This document shows positions 10,201 to 20,400 of a stretch of DNA of 64,000 nucleotides, piece by piece; the first letter of the stretch is position 1; each line of letters starts with the position of its first letter. Both the position numbers and the translations under genes were made by a program. The notes beneath the pieces are model-generated. The model searched no databases and was not told where the DNA came from. It saw only the letters and a list, made by a program, of their open reading frames with translations. This DNA comes from a virus. The stretch is from positions 1 through 64,000 of the IMG/VR virus record IMGVR_UViG_3300020180_000017. One strand, given 5' to 3'.

Positions 10201-13200
10201 GAGGTCATTTACATCCTTAGTAAATTCACTTTGTTTATCTTTTAATTCATTTGAAGGTCTTCCTGTAAAACCGTTAAAAGATAGTAAACTATTTAATTCT
10301 TTAATATATGTATTTTCTTGAGATTTTATATTTTCACCTCCTAAATTTAATTTTACAACGTAGTTATCAGTCCTGCTAAAACCTTCTCCTGGCATTTCAT
10401 TTTTTATCTTTTCTATTATTATATTGTTTAATATAGAGTAAGTATTAGTTAATCTTTCAAAAGATTTTGGATAATTATTTTTTATAAAATATAATTTAGC
10501 AGCAAATGTTTGAATTGCATTTCCTTTAAATGCACTTCTAGCAATAATTCCTTTGCTTGAAAAAGGTACATTCATATTTTCCACTATAAATTGCATGTAC
10601 TCTTGAAATAATCTTTTTGCTAAAGTTCTTTTTAAAGAATTTGTACCGACAAAACTTTTAACTTTTTCACTAAAGTAATTCAGGGTTTCTTCATCTGTAA
10701 AATAAGGCAGGATAGCTTTTGAAATCTTAATTGATAATTCGCTATTATTAAATAGAGACACTACGCTTTCCTTTGAAAGGTAATTAATTGAATCTGCTGT
10801 AAATAGTGGAACTCCATTTTTTTCAACACCCAGATCAGCAATTTGTTTTTCCATCAATCTTTTAGCTCTTGCTTGAAAAGTATTTGTGATTTTTTTTGTG
10901 TCATCACTATAGTTTTGTGTTAAGTCTTTAAAACTTTGAGCTTTATTATTAAAATGTAAGTAAGTTGCTAAAATATTTAAACTCATTAATTTATATAATT
11001 GAGTTTTACGTACATCTGTAAATTGATCTTTCTTTAACTGTTTTAAATTTTCTGGTGTAATTCTAAAGTTTGAAATATTCAGAAGTCCTTTAATTTCTTC
11101 TTCTTCTGTTACACCATATGATTTAGCTATGTCATTAAACTTAATAAATGGGTTACTCTTTTTTAAGAGATTATATCTCCTAATTATTCCAGTATTCAAC
11201 ATATCCACAATTCTATCAAATGGCACATTCAATGTCAATAGATACTGAACTACTCCTAAATTTTCATATTCAATACCCAGTAAAAAATATGTTGGATTAC
11301 TAGGATTATCCACTGCTTCTGTAACTAATTCTGAATTAATTTCGTTTTTATTAGTTAACGGTGTATTATTAATATTTAATTGAGCTATCCCTTCCACATC
11401 ATATAATCCACTCAAAGATATTTTATTATTACTTACAATAGTATTAAATTCTTTTTGAGTTAGTAATGGAACATATACTTTTTTTACATTCATTTCTACA
11501 ATACCCTGTTGTAAGATTGCTGTTCTTACATTACCCACAGCATATACACCCAAAGCTCTTTGAGCTCCTTGCATAGTTTTATGCATATTTAGCTTGCCTG
11601 TAATGTAATTCAATATAGACATACCTTGAGGTAACTTTAATTTTCCTCCAACAGGAAGATCCTCTTCTTTAATAAATCCCATTTCAATACCATTTTGTCT
11701 TGCAATGTCTTTAATTCTTGAAGAAGAGTTTGGTTTAGTTAATCTTTCATATTGTAAAGGATGTTTTAAAATACTTGTCATTGATTCATTTAATTCATTT
11801 TCAAGCATTTGTTTTTGAGAAAAATCAAGACTTTTTAATTCTTTAAATGTTTCAATCAATTGTTGTTCTATTTCATTATATATAGCGTTACTATCTATAT
11901 CTATATCTCCAAACATAGTAGACAACAAATCTCCACTACTTTTATATATGGAACTACGAACTGCACTATTCCCTTTAAGCGATTTTAGTAATGATTTTAA
12001 TTCTTCTTTATTTTTTTCTATTTCTTTATTTGCTTCTTTATCAATATAAATACCATTTCTTGTTAAAGAAGGCATTAAAACAAATAATTTATCAATGTCA
12101 AAATCCGCACCTGATTTAGAAGTTATTTCGTCATAAGCTTGTATTGTCCACCCCACTGTTGGAGATAAAAACTCTTTAATAGTTAATATCTCCATAGAAT
12201 TTTGTTCTTGTGTTGGTATTCTATAAGCTATTATTGTTAAAGACTTTTTATGTTTTTTTATAAACTTGCTATCTTTTAATAATTCGTTAAGTCTTTTTAA
12301 TGTACCTATTGGTTGATTATCATTATCTTCATCTTGTAAATTCAATAGTTTTTTATACTCTCCAACTAATCCTACTCTAACATCAGCTTCTTTTACATAT
12401 AGTTTTTCATTAATCTTTTCTAAGTCGTAAAAATTAAGCTTATCAAAATAAGCATTTGATAGTAATGTAAATTGTCCTCCTTTTACTTTTTGAACTCTAA
12501 GAGTCTTATCTATGAGTCCAAAAAGTAAATCGTTTACTACTGAAGTAATTCCACTAAACTCAAAGGGAGTTATTAATTTTCCATCCATACCTACCTTTAA
12601 CGAATCTTTTACGTTGACATTCATTTCTAAATTATCCGCTTCTTTTTGCAATTTTTCTATGAATGCTGCTTGATTTTTAACTACTATATTATTACCTTCC
12701 AACTCGATACCAAGTTCTTTGAATAATTCTATTTTATTAATATCAATTAGATTTTTTAAAGCTTGCTTATAATTCTTATATAAAGATTCTATTTCAGAAT
12801 TTGCACTGCCATTTTCAAAAAAGGTAACAAAAAATAATTTTCTAAGTTGGCTTCCTATTATAACTAAACTATCTTTATCATTATCTGTTTTTAATTGTTC
12901 TTTTAAATCTCCACTATATACTTCAGTAATATTTTTACTTATATCACTAAGTAAGTTTACATCTCCTGTATATTGTAATTTAGTTGCACTTCTATGTTTT
13001 ACGTAGGCAATACCATTTTTTATACTTTGATCCGTTACCTTTAGTAATTCTTTACTTCTATATATTAAAGAAGGTAGTAATGGAGCCAAAGACATTTTAT
13101 CATAGGCTGGTCTTTCACTATTTACAATTCCACCACTTAATTGATATTTTAATATGGTAAGATTATATCTATCATCTTTATTTATTAATCCTTCCAATTC

Positions 13201-16200
13201 TAAAAATCTATCTGTTTCTTTTTCAGAAAGTTTTCTCTTTAAAATTTCTTTTTTATAGAATAATCCTTCATATTCATAAGTGGCTTCCATGTATTTATTC
13301 CACCTACCTCCTGTGTTTAATAAGAATTGTCTATATGCATCAATATTAATGTAGGCTTGTCCATCTGCTTTATTCGCTTCATTTAAAGAAAGTCTTTCTT
13401 TTTTTAATTTTTCGTTATTATCTACACTATTTTTTATTCCGTAAACGTTATTAACTTTATTTATATTTTTAACAGTATTATCTACTATATTTTCATTTGA
13501 AAATACATCTGGTATAACTGATGTTTTTGATGTTTTTGAAACATCTATGTTATTAACATTTACTATTTCAGCTAATGTTTGTATTTGAGAATTTTCAAGA
13601 AATTGTTTTGTAGATTCCAATCCATTAACAGGAATTCCTGTTGAAGCTAATCTAGCTACTCTTTTTGTAAAATCTTTGTAATAAGCTAAATTACCTGAAT
13701 TCATGATATTGAATTCAATGTCATGCACCATATTTTTAATTATAAAATCTCTATATATTTTTCTATAATCAATATCTTCTATTTTTCTTGGTGTTTCATT
13801 ACGTTCATCTATGTATATTTTTTTAACAAAAGAAGAATTGTCACCAAATAAATCTATAATTTTTTTTTCAAAAAGAGAAGTGGCTACATTAACATATCTT
13901 TCCAAAGCTATTTTAAATGAACCCAAATTAAAATCACTGTGTTCTTCTTTTGTCATAAAATCAAACATTCCCCAATTACTTGAACTTTCTTTTTTCATCC
14001 ATGCTTTATGAGGTTCGTAAAAGTTTACTATATTTTCTAAATCCGCAGATAAATAACCATTGGGTAAACTATCTGGGTACTTATTATTCACTATTGCTAA
14101 TGCGTAATAAGTAGCTTTACTTTCTGTTCTTGGCCCTTGAATAATATTGTTTTGTGTTAAATTACCCACATCCATTATTAACATATCACTTTCATCAAGT
14201 TTTGCAGTCATTTCTTCATTTATACCATTATAATTTTGTATTTCAATAGAAAATTCAGTATCTCTAAGACCACTTTCATCAAATAATTGCTTTCTGATAT
14301 TTGAATTTCTAAAAAGATCATTGTCCAATTGTGGAAGTCTTTCATATAAATCATCTAGATTTTCTGAATTATTTATTTCATAAGCATTTTTTGTTAAATT
14401 ATTTGCATCAGAAATAATACTTTGTAGTTCTCCTTCACTATTTCTATAAGCAATAGGCTGTATAATTTTAGTGTGTTTTGCTTCTGCTTTTTGAAGAGTT
14501 TTTATAACCCTTCTTATTACAAAGTTTTCCATTGGGTTTTCTTTATCGTATATATAACCTAATGGATTTTGATTGTATGCAGGATCATTTAATACTGTTA
14601 GTAATACACCATTAACTTCTTGAGTATCTGTGTAAAAATCATAAAGTAAAAGACCATTATCCCGAATATTTTCCCATTCATTTTCTACTGTTTCTTGAGA
14701 TAACTTTATTCCAATCACATCAAAAAAAGCAAGTAAGTCTTTTTCTTTTACATCTAATTTATTAATTAGAGGTATTTTTAATACCCTTTTAATAAATGTT
14801 TGTTCATTAACTTCTACGTATTTATTTGCTTTTGTATTTACTGTAAAATTATCAATCCATTCTTGAAGTATTATTTTTTCAGAGGATGAAATTGCATCAA
14901 TATATATAAATCTTGTAAATTCTTCTTCTCCTACTTTAATGCTTATTGTTTTAGTAACTTTAAGTGGTACTATTGGCCTACTGAATGTTCTGAACACTTC
15001 AGCGTATAAGCTAGCACTTTCCAATCCAAAATTAGCTTCACTAGGTACTCTAACTGCCCCTTGCATGTAGCTAGGCATTTTCATTAATCCTTTTAAATAG
15101 AATAGTTCTGGTATTTTTTTATAGGTTGCTTCGGAAAACAATTTTTCAAAAAATTTAGTTTCATTACTTTCTCCAGCCATGTGTAAAGCTACTCTGTTTA
15201 AAAGAGTAACAGAATCTACCATTTTATGAAATCCAAATTCATCCACTGTTTCAATAATACCGTCTTTTGTCCACGTAGCGTTAGGTAAAAGCCTAAATAA
15301 ATTTCTTATGGGTTTTGAAGCAAATTGATAAACGCTTTTTTTATCTCCTCCTTCCTGTAAAGAATATAGATCAACTTCTTCCTCTTCTTCTTTTTCAATG
15401 TACTCTATAGAATTTATTAATGCATCAGCATCTTTAATATTCACATCTAAATTACTGTTATTTAAATGAAATTTTATAAATGCATTGAAGTTTTTAAGTA
15501 TTATTTCTACTTTATCATATTTTTCATCTTTTCCTGCATTTTTATTTTCTTTATCACTTTTTTTATAAGTGTTTAACAATCTATTAAAAGTTCTTTCCAG
15601 ACTTTCATATATTTTTTTAGCTATAATTGGATCATTTAATCCATATATTGTTACGCTTTTAGCTTTTGCTTCTTTAGTACTAAGTAACTTTGATATGTGA
15701 TAATCTGCTTCATCACTAAAATAATTTGCTTCCACTGCATTTAATACTTCTTTTCCTTTTTCGTTGAATATAGACATTCTATTTACGCCAGTAGCAGTAG
15801 TAATTACTTTTTTAGTGGAAAAATAACCATTATCTATTTTATTATATAGATTTCTAATATTTTCTTTTCCAGAAAGAAATGATTGAATTTTAGCAAATAA
15901 ATTTTTGAAAAAGTCCAAAATTTTACTTGGAAAATTTGCATTTTCTTTGTTCTTTTTAAAAGTTTCAAAACCAAATGCTAATTTTTCTTCTAACTTAACA
16001 TCATTGCTTTGAGAATTATAGTACTCACTTTCCTGTTCTAATTCATTTAAAAATTTATCAGTGGATTGAGTAGTTCCTCTGCTTATATTAAATAGTTTAG
16101 AAGCTTCATCCAGTATGTTATTTTGTTCTTCCACTGGAATAAATAAATTAAATGCAACGTGAAATGCTTCGTGGTAATAAGTAGATTTATTAGCATATTT

Positions 16201-17418
16201 TGAAATCTTAACTAACCCTTCTGCAAACATACCAATTGCTTTTTCATTACTTTTTTGTATAGTAATATACTCTTGCACTAACTCTATTGGTATTTGAGGA
16301 AAGTTTTTATTGAACCAAGCTTCTCCAAGTATTCTGGATTCTTCATTCACTACAAAACTATTATTATCTGCTATTCTAAATTGAGCATCATCTTCATAGG
16401 AAGGTAGTATTTCATCAATAGCTTTTTCTTCAAAAGTTCTTCTATCTACAGCCATAGTATAGTTGTCATTCCTATCTTTACTGGCTGTTGCTTTAACATA
16501 TTCATTTCCACTTTTAAATACTTGTATTGGCAATACTGTAATATCAGCATCAATATCTGTTCTTTGTTTTAATAGTGTTGCATATCCAGATTGCTGTATA
16601 CTATCTGATTCTCTATATGAATCATAGTACGTTCCTAATACGTTTCTTCTATTTTGTGTAGATGTTTTTAAATCTATTATAAATACTTTTCCTGTATTTT
16701 TATCAATAGCAAGAAGATCAATAGTTCCAGCTACGTTTTTACCATTAATAACACCCCATAACGTAGGTATATCAGATATTAATTCTAAATTATTTGTAGT
16801 TTTTTTGATTTCACTAAAAATCATAAACAAATCGGATAGCATATCTCCTGTAAAAGGTAAAGATTCTCCTTTATCTATTTTGTTATATTTTTCTATTAAA
16901 TCTTTTTCTGAAATTATATTATTTGAAATAAAATCTCTTAATAAACTATCAATTATAGTTCCTCTATCAGCATCTCCTTTTTTAAAAACTCCAGTCTTTT
17001 TAATTAACGTACTAACTCTATCATATATTTTTCCAAAAGAATCAATATATTCATTTGAATTATTAGGATTTACTATTAAAATGTTTGAATTTAATATTTT
17101 TAATTTTTCTTTTACTTTTTCTATCTCAGCTACAATATTAATTGTAGTTGGTGAAAGGTATTTTTTATTTATTTCAGTAAAATCAGGTAATACTATAGGT
17201 GTAAAAGTATTTTGAGGAATACTCAAGCCTTTTTTTAATTTATTTAATTCTGCATTTAATCTTTTACTTTCTGCATTTACAAAAGTATTTTTAACTGTGG
17301 CTTCAGCTTCTTCAAGTGACATACCTTTACTCCTTAATGCCTCTGCATTTTTAAGTAATTGTTCTTTATTTTCTTTTGTTACGAAATCTATTTTTTCTAA
17401 ACACTTTGATAATGGCAT
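7201..17418 (-). CDS. Virion-packaged two-barrel RNA polymerase of crAss-like phages (3405 aa) with N-terminal PD-(D/E)xK and zincin domains and C-terminal SLOG/DprA-like and DUF4326-like domains
   Basis: Catalytic SGADFDIDKLF (DFDID at 12091-12105) and AYRIPTQ. Accessory motifs: AGTIDLL..IIDLKT; YYHEAFH..LEEKLA; YAGIGSRETP..GADRAF..MARN..GGTGQA; HFGNPF..SHA. Confidence 0.92.
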   Translation of the reverse strand: MPLSKCLEKIDFVTKENKEQLLKNAEALRSKGMSLEEAEATVKNTFVNAESKRLNAELNKLKKGLSIPQNTFTPIVLPDFTEINKKYLSPTTINIVAEIEKVKEKLKILNSNILIVNPNNSNEYIDSFGKIYDRVSTLIKKTGVFKKGDADRGTIIDSLLRDFISNNIISEKDLIEKYNKIDKGESLPFTGDMLSDLFMIFSEIKKTTNNLELISDIPTLWGVINGKNVAGTIDLLAIDKNTGKVFIIDLKTSTQNRRNVLGTYYDSYRESDSIQQSGYATLLKQRTDIDADITVLPIQVFKSGNEYVKATASKDRNDNYTMAVDRRTFEEKAIDEILPSYEDDAQFRIADNNSFVVNEESRILGEAWFNKNFPQIPIELVQEYITIQKSNEKAIGMFAEGLVKISKYANKSTYYHEAFHVAFNLFIPVEEQNNILDEASKLFNISRGTTQSTDKFLNELEQESEYYNSQSNDVKLEEKLAFGFETFKKNKENANFPSKILDFFKNLFAKIQSFLSGKENIRNLYNKIDNGYFSTKKVITTATGVNRMSIFNEKGKEVLNAVEANYFSDEADYHISKLLSTKEAKAKSVTIYGLNDPIIAKKIYESLERTFNRLLNTYKKSDKENKNAGKDEKYDKVEIILKNFNAFIKFHLNNSNLDVNIKDADALINSIEYIEKEEEEEVDLYSLQEGGDKKSVYQFASKPIRNLFRLLPNATWTKDGIIETVDEFGFHKMVDSVTLLNRVALHMAGESNETKFFEKLFSEATYKKIPELFYLKGLMKMPSYMQGAVRVPSEANFGLESASLYAEVFRTFSRPIVPLKVTKTISIKVGEEEFTRFIYIDAISSSEKIILQEWIDNFTVNTKANKYVEVNEQTFIKRVLKIPLINKLDVKEKDLLAFFDVIGIKLSQETVENEWENIRDNGLLLYDFYTDTQEVNGVLLTVLNDPAYNQNPLGYIYDKENPMENFVIRRVIKTLQKAEAKHTKIIQPIAYRNSEGELQSIISDANNLTKNAYEINNSENLDDLYERLPQLDNDLFRNSNIRKQLFDESGLRDTEFSIEIQNYNGINEEMTAKLDESDMLIMDVGNLTQNNIIQGPRTESKATYYALAIVNNKYPDSLPNGYLSADLENIVNFYEPHKAWMKKESSSNWGMFDFMTKEEHSDFNLGSFKIALERYVNVATSLFEKKIIDLFGDNSSFVKKIYIDERNETPRKIEDIDYRKIYRDFIIKNMVHDIEFNIMNSGNLAYYKDFTKRVARLASTGIPVNGLESTKQFLENSQIQTLAEIVNVNNIDVSKTSKTSVIPDVFSNENIVDNTVKNINKVNNVYGIKNSVDNNEKLKKERLSLNEANKADGQAYINIDAYRQFLLNTGGRWNKYMEATYEYEGLFYKKEILKRKLSEKETDRFLELEGLINKDDRYNLTILKYQLSGGIVNSERPAYDKMSLAPLLPSLIYRSKELLKVTDQSIKNGIAYVKHRSATKLQYTGDVNLLSDISKNITEVYSGDLKEQLKTDNDKDSLVIIGSQLRKLFFVTFFENGSANSEIESLYKNYKQALKNLIDINKIELFKELGIELEGNNIVVKNQAAFIEKLQKEADNLEMNVNVKDSLKVGMDGKLITPFEFSGITSVVNDLLFGLIDKTLRVQKVKGGQFTLLSNAYFDKLNFYDLEKINEKLYVKEADVRVGLVGEYKKLLNLQDEDNDNQPIGTLKRLNELLKDSKFIKKHKKSLTIIAYRIPTQEQNSMEILTIKEFLSPTVGWTIQAYDEITSKSGADFDIDKLFVLMPSLTRNGIYIDKEANKEIEKNKEELKSLLKSLKGNSAVRSSIYKSSGDLLSTMFGDIDIDSNAIYNEIEQQLIETFKELKSLDFSQKQMLENELNESMTSILKHPLQYERLTKPNSSSRIKDIARQNGIEMGFIKEEDLPVGGKLKLPQGMSILNYITGKLNMHKTMQGAQRALGVYAVGNVRTAILQQGIVEMNVKKVYVPLLTQKEFNTIVSNNKISLSGLYDVEGIAQLNINNTPLTNKNEINSELVTEAVDNPSNPTYFLLGIEYENLGVVQYLLTLNVPFDRIVDMLNTGIIRRYNLLKKSNPFIKFNDIAKSYGVTEEEEIKGLLNISNFRITPENLKQLKKDQFTDVRKTQLYKLMSLNILATYLHFNNKAQSFKDLTQNYSDDTKKITNTFQARAKRLMEKQIADLGVEKNGVPLFTADSINYLSKESVVSLFNNSELSIKISKAILPYFTDEETLNYFSEKVKSFVGTNSLKRTLAKRLFQEYMQFIVENMNVPFSSKGIIARSAFKGNAIQTFAAKLYFIKNNYPKSFERLTNTYSILNNIIIEKIKNEMPGEGFSRTDNYVVKLNLGGENIKSQENTYIKELNSLLSFNGFTGRPSNELKDKQSEFTKDVNDLIKSFTYLAFKQGGFSQNRFNITSLLPLSILIPEFELAFKNYQLLSSNKKLGLATNFYLEFYKFNPQFSVNRGKQDNVGLKDYYNGMAQAVINEKEVTSLNEVNPIKIDINKPEFNKLPFKSSIPTFTYAGIGSRETPANVLSQMTELAKELERRYTLNTGKTFPATESYDKKVYDERKKESEKLSKLHGNQVGLDEEGADRAFSAGTSKKNLFGVTGVIGNREMKVMEEIHPNPSALKSGGKKLMARNTNQIFGENLDTPVDFVLFYAEETSNPLRPKGGTGQAVEMARRKGIPTINMANPNWREELDKVLNTSNKVSQREYTPENITSLNEVNPKEIINRDNKYKFKENNKLFKNISYYSSGYSGKYANKYFIVGDTSLGQNSIGKNYPFLLIKINNNKRASVLEEQLLTVTGENNISIINNKNEIKKIIDDIRNNRILDDIHSDSDFGFDNMKDSNDGIVKIINNKIPNTIVLNTVNEVSNTQPKTELKVINRNPEIVNKLKEFESVTELYRYKNKLSEEQKVIYSQDFINREFEINNLNEVISPNEIYSQLGNKTKSENIKIIPWGVLKEEKKVFTNDGIVTTRIDTQNFMPGSSAQHFGNPFTSNKKLRYLIQTNSTKESVEKYINWIITGETGVYFFGENDVDPVDLDMQRDWIVSQLKSGKLKGEPLLYYKELGEPSHATALDYLINKYDWNNLLNSSQTNIDYIPVYQESNKEIPYSFYIDNISYSRNTNEDGSKYYVAAPFGSVNWEKIKVSNAITEEQFNEDYLKSLKVDEENKQLKLKKQVEKQAEIDYWDNTENNIVGKIFSFDVGENEKGLSYEHKILIKKLHLLENGNYEIIADNTVNGKTYHMITDSDGSVISYTRNGKTFDKVSSDEIFFLDDVIVIKKVKSDKKQIDYISKLQDVVVESSKDYLIQIPNEEQEGREKDFNNENSEHIGFSMEALKSTILSIQKYNLDLNKIIYKISEGSFVSLTDFFKEIGINVGSQDINPCQ
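9195..9914. repeat. 27-bp perfect direct repeat (taggattaacttcatttaaagaagtta) at 9195-9221 and 9888-9914, flanking the SLOG-like domain
   Basis: Both copies read directly from the sequence; each encodes TSLNEVNP; spacing 693 bp (in frame). Confidence 0.9.
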
Positions 17419-17463
17419 CTTTTATTTTTTACTGAGTACAGATTTTTATTAGAAAAACTTCAC

Positions 17464-20400
17464 TTATTTACATTGAATAAGATCATTCAATTCATTTATT
17501 TCTTTTACAATTCTATTGTAGTCACTTACTTTTTTTACTGATTTAACAGGGCCATATGCACCTTCTAAACTCTGTATTCCAAATTCTATTAGTCCTATAT
17601 CTATTGATGATTTACTTGTTAATTCGTGTATTTCATTTAATAAAGAATTTGATACCTTTTGGGGTTCTGATTTTAATACTGCTAACGCTGCATTATATCT
17701 AGCATTTATTAATTTAATGTTTTCGTATGCTTGAATTTCACTATCAAATATCTTACTTTGTTGTCCAAGTTTTTCCTTATTTTCTACTCTTTTTATAATA
17801 GATAGTAATACTTTTTTTAAAGCTTCTTCTTTATTTTTATCTCCAACCAATTGAGTATTTACAAGATGAGAAGAATACCACCCTTTTATTTTATCCATTT
17901 GAATTATACCAAGTGATATAATTAATTCTTCCTGTCTTCTTTTTTCTATTTTAGCTATTTCAATTTCTAAATCACTCACAGGAATAGGTGCATCAACTTC
18001 CTTTTGGGGTTGGGGTTGTTTATCTAATAGGGATTCTACTGCTTTGGCAGCATTACTATAAGATTGTATTTCTAAATTTGGAAAGGATTGTCTTAATAAA
18101 TCAATTATTTCTGGATTAGAGTTTAGTAAACCATCATTTACTAATATACCTCTAATATCATTAATATTTGTAATCATCCCATCTGTCCCAAGTAATATAA
18201 ATGCACCATCTCTATAAGCGTGTCCTCCTCCTGTTGTTTGAGCAGACACTTCAGGTGCTGTTAATGGTGCTACATCTAATCCTCCATGTCCTCTTTTTGG
18301 ATTAATGCCATTATTCATTAATTCAAATAAATCTTTTAATGCCGAAGCTAAACTGGATTTACCCATTCCATGAGCAGGGATATTAACACCCCCAGCTTCC
18401 GATGCTGCTGTAAAATCAACTGCAAATCCTTCATCTAAATCAGCCCGATTATTACTGTCTTTAGATGATATTCTATTCCAAATAGTTTTTAATTTTTCAA
18501 AAATCTCTTTTCTTTTTGATTTTTCTTCATTAGTGAGTTGCGGAGCATTTACAGTTGAGAATTTGTCTATAACACTTAAAACTTCTCCTCTTGATTTTTC
18601 TTCTTCTGCTTTTTGCCTATTTGCTATTTCAAGTATTTCTTTTGTTCTTTCAAAATCAGAGTATTCATTTCTACCATATAATATTTCATCTCTATTTAAA
18701 AAGTCAGTGTTGTTTTTCTTATTATATTCTTCAATTTCATTCTTATGCCTTGATTGCATTTCTTCATACCTATTTTCAGCATTAGTTAATTCATCATTCA
18801 ATGATCCCACTTCACTTGTAGTTTGAACATCAGTAATTGGGTTTTCTTTACTATAAGAAAAAGTAAAATAAGGAGTGAGTGGTAAACTTCTTAAATTATT
18901 ATCTTTATCTATTAATGGTTTGTAATTTGTTTTTAAATTATTTAATAAATACTCTGTAGCATTTATTTCAACCTCTTCAAATTTGTCATTCAGTATTTTT
19001 AATTTAGTATTCTTATCTAAATCCACAAACGGTAAAGATAGTGTTAAATCCATTGGATCAAAAGATATTTCTTCTGTTCCACTCACTTTAAATAAAGTTA
19101 ATTTTCCATTACTTACTTTTATTACGTAAGGACTATTTTTGTTTTTAGTGGGTTCAAATAAAAGTTTTTTACTTTTTGGAAGAGGAGGCAGTGATTTTAT
19201 AAATAAATATTTAGAAATAAACTTTAATACTAACTCTTTTTGAGCATCGCTCAGTTTTGAGTAATCTAAATCAAATATGTTTTTTACGCTGTTTTTTACT
19301 ACTTCATTTTCATTATCTCCTATTGTTGCTGGAATAACTTTAATATGTTCTTTACCATGTATTTGTACTATAAATGAACCCACACTAAAAAATTCTCCAT
19401 TAAAGTTTACTTTGTTGTCATAAGTTTTCTTTGTTATAAAGGTTAATTTTGGTTTTGCAATTACACTATTTACCAATATATATTGATTTCCATAAGGCTG
19501 TTTCCCTCTACTGGATTCCATAAAGTAAATAGGTATTTTAGTAGCACCTGTTTTATCTCTATCTATTAATTCAATAGCTTCTTCTAATTGTTTTACTTTA
19601 TTATCAACAATGCCATAAACATTTAATATTATCTCTTCCTCACTCATTGCTGGATCAATCTTATCTTTATAAATGCCAGCACTTTTACTTAAATGACTTA
19701 AAAATATATTTTTATCTATATTAAACATGACAACATCACCTGTGTCATCCTGTGTAATTTTTTCATCAACTTTAATCTTAACATATTTTCCATCACTATC
19801 CACTAAAGCAATTACGTGGCCTTCCTGTACTACTCCTGCATCTATACCAGCATTTACTTTATCTGTAAATCTATTTTTTCTTTGTGATTCTTCTGAAAAA
19901 TCTCCTTTTTGAATAACTAATTGAAATGAATTCTCACTTATGAATGACCCAAATCCAGGCATTAACATTAATGCATTCATTTTAATGTCATATTTAGAAG
20001 CTATAATAGGCATAGCATCTATTTCTCCTATTTCTGGTATTATAACTTTTTTTGTTACGTCAACTTTATTTACTACTTCTACTAATGAAATAACAGATTT
20101 GTTTGGAGTCAAATATGGAGTTGCACTATCTTTTATTTCAACTTCCACTTCATCTTCAATAACAACTCCATTAAATAAAGCATCTAATTTTCTTAGTGAG
20201 TCCACTGTTAAATCTGCTTTATACTCTACTTCATCCTGCATTTCAAATATTCTTCCATCTGCATATTTCCTATAGCTTTTACCATTAAACACAACTTCTT
20301 GAAATACACCCACTACAGGTTTAGTAGGGGAAAAATGATTTTCTATTGCTTCTGCTGTTTCATTACTAACTTCAGGAATTATTGTTTTTAAAGGTGCTGG

